In this document: positions 27,603 to 36,172 of the stretch, in pieces
Layout: each line of letters begins with the position of its first letter
How positions within the stretch are numbered: the first letter of the stretch is position 1
Assembly: GCA_964356125.1 (NCBI GenBank)
Contig: CAYHHH010000002.1
Coordinates: 12,755 to 76,754, forward strand
Origin: an uncultured Bifidobacteriaceae bacterium
GTDB taxonomy: Bacteria > Acidobacteriota > Vicinamibacteria > Vicinamibacterales > JAMQPK01
Direction of reading: 5' to 3'
Length of the DNA stretch: 64,000 nt
Notes under the pieces: generated by a model
Database searches by the model: none
The model's input: only the letters and a program-made list of their open reading frames with translations
What the model was told of the DNA's origin: nothing
Translations under genes and position numbers: made by a program

Positions 27603-29550
27603 ACGTGCCGCGCACGCTCGACGTGACGATGTCCATCGCGCCGTCTTTGTTGAGGTCCGCCGCCGAGAATTGCGAGCCGACGCCAGACCGATTGTGAATC
27701 AGCTCGGGCACGAACTCCGCGCCGCCCGGCGCCTTCCGATTTCGCACGGTGCGAAACCAATACAGCGCCGGAGTGCCGTAAGGATCGGGGTCGGTATAGC
27801 TCTCCAGGTGGGAAAAGTAACGCTTGCCCGTGACGTAGTCAGTTACCCCGTCGCCGTCGATGTCGGCTGCCAGCGACGCGTGCATTTCCGACAGCGTCAC
27901 GTTGCCGGCGTTCTTCGTCGAGTAGTCGTCGATGATCATGTGCCGCTCGAACGAGATGCGCCCATCCGTGTCGCGTTTCTGCTCGAACCACGCCAGGCCG
28001 AATCCGTGAGCGTTCAGCCCGGTGACCACATCGTTGAGCGTGTCGCCGTTGACGTCATACACGCAGAGCTCGGCGCCTCCGGCGCCCTCCGCTCGGCCCC
28101 ACCGCCCGAACGCCTCGGGATGGTAGATCCACGCTTCAGACTCTGGACTCTGGACTGTCGACTCTGGACTTTGGACTTTCGACTTTGGACTAGCCGAAGG
28201 CTGTTCCCACCAGCCAGCCGTCTGGAGAATGTCCACGCGCCCGTCGCCGTTGATGTCGCCGGCACCCAGGCTGTGACCGTATGCCATTCCCGGCGCCGAA
28301 ATCGTGTGCACCACCCACGGGCGAGTTGGATCGGCAGGATCCGGCTGCGCGTACGCCAGCGTTCCCTTCGCCGTGCCGGTGCCGGTCCCGAAGATCGCTT
28401 CGGGCTTACCGTCGCCGTCCACATCCCGCATGAGCACCAGCTCGCTGTTGCCCTGCGGCACAGCCGGGTACTTCGCCCAGCGCCGGCGCTCGCCTTTCGG
28501 ATTCACGTACATAAATAAAGGACGGTTCTCGCCGGACACGACGTCGGGCCAGCCGTCGCCGGTGAAGTCGAAGACGAAGTGAAACCCGGCGCGCGGAAAC
28601 TGATCGCTCGGATTGACAGTCGGCGCGACATAGATCTCGCGTCGCGACGTGTACTCGGGCCCCAGGTAGTAGTACGGGCCAGCGACGACGTCGAGGACGC
28701 CGTCGCGGTTGAGATCACCGACGCCGGCGCCCCAGGTGTAGAAGAATTCGTCGAGCTGCTGCATGCGGAACCGTGTGGATGTCTGCTCGGGTGGTACGAC
28801 CCGCACGTTGAGATCTTTGAATGAGACGTCCTTGAAGTGCACCTCGCCGCTGCCCACGAAGAGCGCGACGGGCCCGTAGCCGCTGGCGCGGTCGTCGGTC
28901 GTTGCAGCGGGAATGTCGACCCCCTGATTCAGCGTCGATCGAATGATATCGGCGTCGAGCGCGACACTCAGCGTGTTCCACTCGCCCGCGCGCGGGCCGG
29001 GCTGCGGAGGCATCAGCGGAGCGAGCGGTACAGGCAAGGTCATCGCCGGACCGCCCGTGCCCGCGCCGCCGCGCGCTGGACCACCGCTCCGGGCACCTGC
29101 CGCAGGCGGCGGTGGCGCGGAGCGGATGAACGCCGCCACGCCGCGCAGCGGTTCGCGCGCCGTCTCGCGGCCTGCCGCGTCGAGCGTGACGCGAAATGCC
29201 GCGAGCTCACCGGCATTGAGCGCGAGATACACGCCGGTCATACCCTCAGCGGTTTTTTCGGCGCGGAAGAGCACCCCTGTGCGGCACTCCCCGGCGCAAC
29301 GGAACCGCGTGAAGAAGTTCAGATCCTGATACGACGCATCGAGCACGAGCCAGCCGCCGCCGGGGCCCGACGCGGTTCCGATCAGCTCGCCGTTCTGTGC
29401 CTTCCACTGTGAGGAGCCGAGCGTATGCCAGCCGGCGAGCGTGGACCCGCTGAAGGTCGAATCCGGCCGGAAATCATGTGCCGGTCCCTGCGCGCCGATC
29501 CACGCGGCGGCCAGTGTCACGGCGGCGACGATGACGACTAGTCGTCTCAT
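27577..29550 (-). CDS. Exported DUF1080 + FG-GAP/VCBS repeat protein (paralogue 2)
   Basis: 657 aa with signal MRRLVVIVAAVTLAAAWIGAQ. DUF1080-like LAGWHTLGSSQWKAQNGELIG...GVLFRAEK. FG-GAP-like DINGDGRVD and DVNGDTLND. Its ATG directly abuts the stop of the upstream paralogue. Confidence 0.9.
   Translation of the reverse strand: MRRLVVIVAAVTLAAAWIGAQGPAHDFRPDSTFSGSTLAGWHTLGSSQWKAQNGELIGTASGPGGGWLVLDASYQDLNFFTRFRCAGECRTGVLFRAEKTAEGMTGVYLALNAGELAAFRVTLDAAGRETAREPLRGVAAFIRSAPPPPAAGARSGGPARGGAGTGGPAMTLPVPLAPLMPPQPGPRAGEWNTLSVALDADIIRSTLNQGVDIPAATTDDRASGYGPVALFVGSGEVHFKDVSFKDLNVRVVPPEQTSTRFRMQQLDEFFYTWGAGVGDLNRDGVLDVVAGPYYYLGPEYTSRREIYVAPTVNPSDQFPRAGFHFVFDFTGDGWPDVVSGENRPLFMYVNPKGERRRWAKYPAVPQGNSELVLMRDVDGDGKPEAIFGTGTGTAKGTLAYAQPDPADPTRPWVVHTISAPGMAYGHSLGAGDINGDGRVDILQTAGWWEQPSASPKSKVQSPESTVQSPESEAWIYHPEAFGRWGRAEGAGGAELCVYDVNGDTLNDVVTGLNAHGFGLAWFEQKRDTDGRISFERHMIIDDYSTKNAGNVTLSEMHASLAADIDGDGVTDYVTGKRYFSHLESYTDPDPYGTPALYWFRTVRNRKAPGGAEFVPELIHNRSGVGSQFSAADLNKDGAMDIVTSSVRGTFIFWGRRR
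28139..28194 (-). repeat. Heptanucleotide tandem array (GACTCTG/GACTGTC/GACTTTG x ~8) inside the CDS
   Basis: Direct reading with unit boundaries 28139, 28146, 28153, 28160, 28167, 28174, 28181 and 28188. Encodes SPKSKVQSPESTVQSPESE between WWEQP and WIYHP. Confidence 0.9.
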
Positions 29551-31551
29551 CTATTTCCTTGTCCGCGGCTGGCCGAGAAACGCGAATGCGCCCAGCTCGC
29601 CCGCCGTCACCAGGTCCATCACGCCGTCCTTGTTCAGATCCACGGCGAGCACCTGCGAGCCTGCGCCAGACTGGTTGTGCACCAGCTCGGGCACGAATTC
29701 GGCGCCGCCCGGCGCGTTCTTGTTGCGAACCGTGCGGTAGACGTACAGCACCGGTGCGCCGTAGGGATCGGGATCGGCGTAACTCTCGTTGTGCGAGAAG
29801 AACCGTTTGCCGATGACGAAGTCGGTCGTACCGTCGCCGTTCATGTCGGCGCACGTCGAGCCGTGGGGTTCGGAGAAGACCACGCCGCCTGCGTTCTTCG
29901 TGGCGAAGTTGTCCGAAATCATGTGCCGCACGAAGGAGATCTGTCCGCCGGCATCGCGCTTCTGCTCGAACCACGCGAGCCCGAACACGTGCGCCTGCAG
30001 CGACGTCACGACGTCGTTGAGTTTGTCGCCGTTGACGTCGTACACGCACATCTCGGCGCCACCGGGCGCGCCGCGGCCGTTTTGACGCCCGAAGGCCTGG
30101 GGATGGTAGATCCACGGACTCTCGCCTTTCGACTGTCGACTTGCGCCTTGCGACTGTGCGGGCTGTTCCCACCAGCCGTACACGTTCAGGATGTCGACGC
30201 GTCCATCGCCGTTGACGTCGCCCGCGCCGATGCCATGCGCCGCGTAGGTGCCGGGCTCGCCAACTTGCGTCGACAGCCACGGCCCGGTGGGGTTGGCTGG
30301 ATCGGGCTTCGCCCATCGCACGGCGCCCGCGCTCGCGTACACCAGGTCGGGCTTGCCGTCCGCATCGACGTCCTTCATCACCGACACTTCCGAGACGTTG
30401 GGGGCAGGCGGCACGACGCCCGCGTACGAGTCCCATCGTCTCGGCTCGCCCTTCGGATTCACGTACACCCGGCTGCCCGACGTCGACGCGAGCAGCACGT
30501 CGGGCCACCCGTCTCCGGTAAAGTCGCCGGCGAACTCGAGCCAGTTCGACGAGAAGTTCGTCGAGGGGTTGGTGGAGAGCGCCATGTAGAACTCGCGCAC
30601 CTTCGTGAAATCGGGCCCCAGGAAAATGAACGGTCCCGACACGATGTCGATGTTGCCGTCGCGATCGAAATCCGCGGCGCCCGACGCGAAGGAATAGTAA
30701 AAAGGCGTGAGCCGCAACATGCGGTAGTTGGGCGATAGCTCTTCTTTGACGACTCGTTTGAGGCTCAGATCGCGATACGACACATCGCGGAAATGCACCG
30801 CACCCGAGCCGCCGACATAGATGGCTATAGGGCCGAACGTGCCGAGATCATCGTCGGCCGCGCCGCCGCCGTTGGCGGAAGTGTTCACCCACGGCCGCAG
30901 AATGTTCGCGTCGATCACGACGTCGACATCATTCCAGTCGTTCGGTTTGAGTGCGGATGGCGCCATCAGATCGGGGAGCGTTGCGCCGGATGGCAGCGCA
31001 CCGCGCCCGCGTCCGCCGACCTGCGCGCCGGCGGCGCCCGGCGCCCCGCGTCCGGCCCCGCGACCTGCACCACCGCCACGCGCGGCGGCTGCGGCCGCGG
31101 CTTCAGCCGCCGATGGTGCAACGCGAATCAACCCGCCGCCTGCACGAAGACGCTCTCGTGTCAGGATCGTGCCGTTCGCGTCGAGCGTGACGGCGTAGCC
31201 GCCGACCTCGCCTTCGTCCAGTGAGAGGAACACGCCTTTCATTCCCGTCGCCGTCTTCTCCGCGCGCAGCAGCACACCTGTCCGGCACTCGCCCACGCAC
31301 TTGAAGTCGGCGCCGAACTCGACATCCTGAAACGATGTGTCGAGCACGAGCCAGCCGCCGTCTGCCGACTTCGGTGTGCCAACCAATTCGCCGTCGATCG
31401 CTTTCCACTCGGCGGCGCCGAGCACATGCCAGCCGGCGAGCGTGCTTCCCTTGAACGTCCAGTCTGGAACGAACGTGCCGCGCGTGCCGCGAAGAGGCAC
31501 ACCTGTGAGCGCGCCGAGTATCGCGACGAGGCCGAGTAATCGACGCGTCAT
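29551..31551 (-). CDS. Exported DUF1080 + FG-GAP/VCBS repeat protein (paralogue 3)
   Basis: Start trimmed to ATG 31551 (MTRRLLGLVAILGALTGVPLRG) so it does not overlap gene 31589..32596. Collinear with paralogues 1 and 2. Confidence 0.9.
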   Translation of the reverse strand: MTRRLLGLVAILGALTGVPLRGTRGTFVPDWTFKGSTLAGWHVLGAAEWKAIDGELVGTPKSADGGWLVLDTSFQDVEFGADFKCVGECRTGVLLRAEKTATGMKGVFLSLDEGEVGGYAVTLDANGTILTRERLRAGGGLIRVAPSAAEAAAAAAARGGGAGRGAGRGAPGAAGAQVGGRGRGALPSGATLPDLMAPSALKPNDWNDVDVVIDANILRPWVNTSANGGGAADDDLGTFGPIAIYVGGSGAVHFRDVSYRDLSLKRVVKEELSPNYRMLRLTPFYYSFASGAADFDRDGNIDIVSGPFIFLGPDFTKVREFYMALSTNPSTNFSSNWLEFAGDFTGDGWPDVLLASTSGSRVYVNPKGEPRRWDSYAGVVPPAPNVSEVSVMKDVDADGKPDLVYASAGAVRWAKPDPANPTGPWLSTQVGEPGTYAAHGIGAGDVNGDGRVDILNVYGWWEQPAQSQGASRQSKGESPWIYHPQAFGRQNGRGAPGGAEMCVYDVNGDKLNDVVTSLQAHVFGLAWFEQKRDAGGQISFVRHMISDNFATKNAGGVVFSEPHGSTCADMNGDGTTDFVIGKRFFSHNESYADPDPYGAPVLYVYRTVRNKNAPGGAEFVPELVHNQSGAGSQVLAVDLNKDGVMDLVTAGELGAFAFLGQPRTRK
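30117..30158 (-). repeat. Degenerate heptanucleotide array (GACTCTC GCCTTTC GACTGTC GACTTGC GCCTTGC GACTGTG) inside the CDS
   Basis: Direct reading. Encodes AQSQGASRQSKGES at the same WWEQP...WIYHP loop. Confidence 0.75.
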
Positions 31552-31588
31552 GTGTGCCTCCACAAAAAGTGACGAACGCGGCCGTGCG

Positions 31589-32596
31589 TTATTTTGCGGC
31601 GACCCGCAGCTTCGACGCCATCGCACACTCCGCCATCACGGTGAAGTAGCGCTGCACGGCATCGGCGCCGATGATGAACGGATGGTTTTCGCCAGGCTGG
31701 CGCGGTGCCGCGAGCAGCCGGGCCTTCGTGTAGGCGCCATCATATTCGCTGTGATTCGAGAGCAGGACGCTCGCCCCCGCATCGGCTGCCGCCTTCGCGA
31801 TCTTGCGCTGCGAGGCGATGTACTCGTCCCACCGCGCGCCGTCTGTACCGAACGCGCCGGTGAGCGTGCCGCCCGAATAGGCGACCATCACGGTCCTGCC
31901 CTGGTCCTTCACGGGGAAGACATACGACAGCGTTCCAGGTGAGTGGCCCGGCGTCGCGACGATCTCCACAGTGGTGTCTCCCAGCGTCATCTTCCTGCCA
32001 TCCGATCCGACCGAGATGTCCTTCCTCGGTACTCCGCCCGCGGCGGTGGGCGGGCGGCTGAGTGTCGCCTCCCAGTCTGCTGCGCCCATCACGACTTGCG
32101 CGGTGTAGCGCTCCTGCAGCTCTGCAGCTCCCTGGTCGTGATCGCCGTGTGCATGGCTGATGATCACGTACTTGATGCCTTGCGGATTCAGCTTGAGCGC
32201 AGTCAGGCCGTCGATAATCTCCGGCCGTGTCGCCCAGGCGAAATTGGTATCGATGATGATGATGCCATCGCTCGTCTGGAGCGCCCACGTGGAATGCTGG
32301 CGTGTGCCCAGCCAGTAGAGGTTATCGAACACCTTGAAGGGCGGGGCATACCAGTTGGCACGGTCCGGTGTTTGAGGTGCGCCGGTTCCACGCGCCGCGC
32401 CGGCTCCGCGTGCGCCGCCGCCGCGCGGAGCGCTCGGGAGGCAGAGATTGATGAATGTGTTCCGGTGCTCCATTCCTGCAGCGGCCCTGGCCGTCGCGAT
32501 GTGGGCGTCAATCTGGCTGGGCGGCGCCTGCGCCAGGACAACGGTGCCGAGGAGCATGGCCGACAGTGAGGAAATCACGACAGACGTGCGCTTCAC
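31589..32596 (-). CDS. Exported subclass-B3-like metallo-beta-lactamase-fold hydrolase
   Basis: 335 aa with signal MKRTSVVISSLSAMLLGTVVLAQA. PFKVFDNLYWLGT, IIIDTNF, ISHAHGDHDQGAAELQ (HxHxDH) and TPGHSPGTL are collinear with B3 MBL motifs. Confidence 0.75.
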   Translation of the reverse strand: MKRTSVVISSLSAMLLGTVVLAQAPPSQIDAHIATARAAAGMEHRNTFINLCLPSAPRGGGARGAGAARGTGAPQTPDRANWYAPPFKVFDNLYWLGTRQHSTWALQTSDGIIIIDTNFAWATRPEIIDGLTALKLNPQGIKYVIISHAHGDHDQGAAELQERYTAQVVMGAADWEATLSRPPTAAGGVPRKDISVGSDGRKMTLGDTTVEIVATPGHSPGTLSYVFPVKDQGRTVMVAYSGGTLTGAFGTDGARWDEYIASQRKIAKAAADAGASVLLSNHSEYDGAYTKARLLAAPRQPGENHPFIIGADAVQRYFTVMAECAMASKLRVAAK

Positions 32597-32694
32597 TTCT
32601 TCCTCCCTTGTATAGAGGTACGCCCGGCAGACGGTAGCACAAAATCCTGACAGCGGAATGTGACATTGTTGGTCGGCACGGCGTCCCCGGCAGT

Positions 32695-33381
32695 TCAGCC
32701 TGATGTCATTGCCTCCACAGTCAATATGTAACCGTCGCCATGGACGGTGCGAAGAAAGCGCGGATTACGTGGGTCGGGCTCGATCTTCTGCCGGAGCCGC
32801 GAAACCGCCCGGTCGACCGACCTGGTGGTCGACGCGTCCACGAACCCCCAGATCTCCTTGAAAAGCTCGTCTCGGAAGACCACCCGCGAATGGCGTTCGG
32901 CGAGGACCCGCAGAATTTCGAACTCCCGGTGCGTCAGGTGCAAATCGCCGGTCGTGCCCGTCGCAATCCCCCGCTGGAAATCGATCGTGACCGATCCGAG
33001 CTGGACCGTGCCGACGGCCGGCTTCACACGGCGCAGCACGGTGTGGATGCGCGCCACCAGCTCTTCCATGTCGAACGGCTTGGTAATGTAGTCGTCCGCT
33101 CCGAGGCGCAGCCCCTGCAGCTTGTCAGCCTTCTCGCCGCGGGCCGACAAGATAATGATGGGCGTCTTGCCTCCGTGTCTGAGCACGCGGCCCAACTCGT
33201 ACCCGCTCAAGTCGGGCAGCATGAGGTCGAGAAGAACGAGATCGGGCACGAAGGAGCGGTAGAGGGTGAGTGCATTTTCCGCATTTGCCGCCCACTCGAC
33301 TTCGAACCCGTCCACGAGCAGGTTGTCGCGCAGGATCTGCACGAGCGACGAATCGTCTTCGACGATGAGGATGCGCGGCAT
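32695..33381 (-). CDS. OmpR/PhoB-family response regulator (receiver + winged helix)
   Basis: MPRILIVEDD...DLVLLDLMLPDLSG...DDYITKPF. C-terminal LTHREFEILRVLAE...RTVHGDGY. Confidence 0.92.
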   Translation of the reverse strand: MPRILIVEDDSSLVQILRDNLLVDGFEVEWAANAENALTLYRSFVPDLVLLDLMLPDLSGYELGRVLRHGGKTPIIILSARGEKADKLQGLRLGADDYITKPFDMEELVARIHTVLRRVKPAVGTVQLGSVTIDFQRGIATGTTGDLHLTHREFEILRVLAERHSRVVFRDELFKEIWGFVDASTTRSVDRAVSRLRQKIEPDPRNPRFLRTVHGDGYILTVEAMTSG

Positions 33382-33382
33382 G

Positions 33383-35056
33383 TCAAGCTTCCGCGGCCGG
33401 GATGCAGAGGGTCACCGTCGTGCCGGACCCGATCTGGCTGCTGATGTGGAGCGCGCCCTGGTGGTCTTCGGCGATGCGGCTGACGATCGCGAGGCCCAGT
33501 CCGTTGCCGTCGCCGGGCGCCGTCCTCCCGCGCACGAAGCGCCGCCTCACCGCGGGCAGTTCGTCGTCAGCGATGCCCACTCCGCGGTCGATAACCTCGA
33601 AGCGCACTTCACCGTTCGCCGCCGTGGCATGGATGGCCACGGACGTGGCGTCGCCTGAATAACGGATGGCGTTGTCGATGAGGTTGTCGAGCGCGAGAAC
33701 GATCGCGGTGCGATCGGCCTTGACGGCCGGGATGTCTGGCGCGACCGAGACGTCGAGGCTGAAGCCGCTGTCGGCCAGTTGCCGCCGAAACCCCTGTATC
33801 GCCTCGGTGATGAGCGCCCCCGGATCGTGCGGCTCGAACGAATACACCTCGGTGACGTCGGTGACCCTCGAGTACGCGAGCAGATTGTTCACGAGCCGCG
33901 TCAAACGCCGTTCTTCGCGCACGAGCATCTTCGCGTAGCGCTTGAGGTCCTGATCGGTCTTGATGCGGCCTCGGACCAAGGTCTCTCCGACCGCCCGTAT
34001 CGTGGAGAGCGGCGTTTTCAGCTCGTGCGTGACGGTCGCGACGAAGTCGGCACGCACGGCCGCGATCGCGGCGCTTGCCCGTGCCGCGCGGGCCGTTGCG
34101 AGGAGGCTGAGCGCCAGCAGCGTGACGCCCGCGCCGACCACCACGAGGCTCCGCCGCGCGCCGCGCGCCGCCAGCACGAACGTCGGATCGCCTGCGGCGC
34201 TCGTAGCGACCGTCCAGGACTGTTGCGTGAGATCGGCCGGTGGATCGACCGCGATCAGCGTGGGATCGAAGAACAAGACTGGAAAGGCGCGCGTGGCGGT
34301 CGCTTCCTGCGCTGACGGGTCCAGCGTGCCCGCGACACGGCGACCGCGTTCGTCGATCACGGCATAAGAGGTGGCGCTGGAATTTCCGACGATCTGCGCC
34401 ACTTGTTGGAGGATGTCGTTGAAATAATGGTTCCGCGCCCACTGCAGATTGACGGCGATGCCGAACACACGGTCGAGCCGTTCGCGCGTAGTACCTTCGT
34501 ACGCAAGCAGCGCGACAATTTGGTACCGGACTCCTCCTATTGACGTGTCGAACACCGAATAACGACGGCGGCGGGCGATGTCGAGTTCGACGCGCCGGCG
34601 CAGCGCCGCGATTTCCGGCGGATCGCGCCACACCTCGACGGGATAAACGTCCGCCTTTTCGGTGGCGGTGATCCAAGGCGGTAGCCGATCGGTGCGGGCG
34701 AACATCACAGCGCCGCCGCTCGATGGAGTCCATCCGAAGAAAAACTCCGGATAGGGATAGCGCGCAAATGCAAGCGCGACGAGATCGTTGGCCTCGTAGG
34801 GAGGATCGAACGCGTGGCGATTCTGCTCCGGGCTGTTCAGGATCGACGTCTGCACGCCGGACATGTCGCGAGTCAGCGCGCGGGTGAGCAGATCCGCCGC
34901 TTCCTGTCCGCGGTGATCGGCCAGGAGCGCCGCGCTGCGGTGCCACTGGTCGGTGACACGATAGCCGAACCACGCCAGCGCGCACAGGCCGCAGCAGATG
35001 AGCGCGGCCAGCCATGTGGAGGGCTCGGCGACGAACGCACGCGGCCGCAGGTTCAT
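33383..35056 (-). CDS. Sensor histidine kinase with large periplasmic domain
   Basis: 557 aa with two TM segments flanking about 270 aa. H-box FVATVTHELKTPLS. HATPase N/G boxes DNLIDNAIRY and GNGLGLAIV. 1 nt before the RR start and a 4-nt ATGA overlap with the upstream TAXI gene. Confidence 0.9.
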   Translation of the reverse strand: MNLRPRAFVAEPSTWLAALICCGLCALAWFGYRVTDQWHRSAALLADHRGQEAADLLTRALTRDMSGVQTSILNSPEQNRHAFDPPYEANDLVALAFARYPYPEFFFGWTPSSGGAVMFARTDRLPPWITATEKADVYPVEVWRDPPEIAALRRRVELDIARRRRYSVFDTSIGGVRYQIVALLAYEGTTRERLDRVFGIAVNLQWARNHYFNDILQQVAQIVGNSSATSYAVIDERGRRVAGTLDPSAQEATATRAFPVLFFDPTLIAVDPPADLTQQSWTVATSAAGDPTFVLAARGARRSLVVVGAGVTLLALSLLATARAARASAAIAAVRADFVATVTHELKTPLSTIRAVGETLVRGRIKTDQDLKRYAKMLVREERRLTRLVNNLLAYSRVTDVTEVYSFEPHDPGALITEAIQGFRRQLADSGFSLDVSVAPDIPAVKADRTAIVLALDNLIDNAIRYSGDATSVAIHATAANGEVRFEVIDRGVGIADDELPAVRRRFVRGRTAPGDGNGLGLAIVSRIAEDHQGALHISSQIGSGTTVTLCIPAAEA

Positions 35057-36021
35057 CGCCTCAACTCTCGCTCTCGATAGTAGAGCGCCGCGCCCGGGTG
35101 CAGCGGAACCGGCGTGGCCGGCGCACGTTCGGGCATCATGCCTTTCAGGAACGGCAGCTCTGCGGTGAGCTGAGGCAGCATTCGGAAGAGCCCCTCCGTC
35201 AGCCGCCGCACTATCGCGTCATCAAGACCGGCGCGCGCGAGCAGCACGACATCGACCGAGAGCGTGCGCACGGGTTGATCGACCCCGCGGTACGCGCCCG
35301 CAGGAATGAGCTCCGAGCGGAAGAATGGATACATCGTCCGCAGTCGATCCACGCGAGGACCGCCGATCGGTATCAGCCGCGCACCCGCGTCGCTCATGTG
35401 CTTCGCGTCTTCGTTCGGCACGCTCGAAACGGTGAATGCCGCATCGATCTCGTCGCGAAGCAGCATCGATGCGGTGAGCGGCACGGTCGCGTTCACTTCG
35501 TGCACGTCTCCCGGCGAGAAATACCCCTGTAGGAGTGCGTGCGAGATGACCGCGGCCCCGCTGCCGTCCGGGCCGACACCCACACGGCGGCCGACCAGCT
35601 CGTCGATCGAGCGGATACGCGAGCGGGGGCCGACCAGCAGCTGGACCGCGGAGGAATTCAGTATGGCGATGCCGCGAATCCCTCGCATCGCGCGGACCGA
35701 CTGACGCAGCCGTCCGTTGTAGGCCATGTAGGCGATGCCGGCCTGCGAGAGCCCGATGTCAATGGCGCCGTCTTCGAGCCCCTGAATGTTGTCCAGCGAT
35801 CCGGTCGTATCGATTTGCTGGATGCGAACGTCCGGCATCAGTTGCGCGTAACCCTTGACGAGCGCCTCGCTGAACGGCCGGAAGTTGCCGGATGGAAATC
35901 CGGTCGACATTCTGATCGTTGCGGCCTGCTCGGTGTCGGCTGACTGGACGCGCCCGCACGACGCGGCGAACGCCATCAAGGGCACGAGGGCCGCTGTCGA
36001 CAGGATGCGATGGGTTGTCAT
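35053..36021 (-). CDS. TAXI-family (TRAP-associated, immunogenic-protein-like) periplasmic solute-binding lipoprotein
   Basis: 322 aa. LMAFAASCGR lipobox. C-terminal PLHPGAALYYRE is characteristic of TAXI receptors. No TRAP membrane genes are adjacent. Confidence 0.75.
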   Translation of the reverse strand: MTTHRILSTAALVPLMAFAASCGRVQSADTEQAATIRMSTGFPSGNFRPFSEALVKGYAQLMPDVRIQQIDTTGSLDNIQGLEDGAIDIGLSQAGIAYMAYNGRLRQSVRAMRGIRGIAILNSSAVQLLVGPRSRIRSIDELVGRRVGVGPDGSGAAVISHALLQGYFSPGDVHEVNATVPLTASMLLRDEIDAAFTVSSVPNEDAKHMSDAGARLIPIGGPRVDRLRTMYPFFRSELIPAGAYRGVDQPVRTLSVDVVLLARAGLDDAIVRRLTEGLFRMLPQLTAELPFLKGMMPERAPATPVPLHPGAALYYRERELRR

Positions 36022-36082
36022 TCAGGGTTCCGAGCACTTGTGCCACTCGTGGATGCTGGTGTCAAGGGATAGGCTCTCCCGT

Positions 36083-36099
36083 GTCGCAACTTGTCCCAA
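36083..36099 (-). promoter_or_regulatory. Candidate direct-repeat operator TTGGGAC-AAG-TTGCGAC (read on the minus strand)
   Basis: 61 nt upstream of the TAXI start (36021), oriented toward it. 16/17 identical to 11344-11360. Confidence 0.45.
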
Positions 36100-36172
36100 T
36101 TTCCGCAGTAATGCCTCGCTACAGTACTTCGTATTGACTCAACAGTTGCAGTGTTTCCTGGAGGGAGGACGC

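Noticed and set aside
32658-32674. ATGTGAC-ATT-GTTGGTC, a partial match to the direct-repeat motif, in the spacer between the RR gene end and the B3-MBL start.
   Set aside because: The second half-site is poor. On the plus strand it points into the 3' end of the regulator gene and away from the only nearby start (32596, minus strand), unlike the other sites.
35855-36172. N-terminal extension of the receptor ORF in the track (start 35855), overlapping the TAXI gene.
   Set aside because: The extension has no signal peptide and overlaps a well-supported minus-strand gene. ATG 36173 has a strong SD and yields a canonical signal peptide followed by a CarboxypepD_reg domain.
36022-36172. A possible riboswitch (for example cobalamin) upstream of the TonB-dependent receptors (also 24251-24340 and 59226-59308).
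   Set aside because: The leaders are short (about 80-150 nt) and I could not find a B12-box or other conserved riboswitch core by eye. A covariance-model scan would be needed to exclude this formally.
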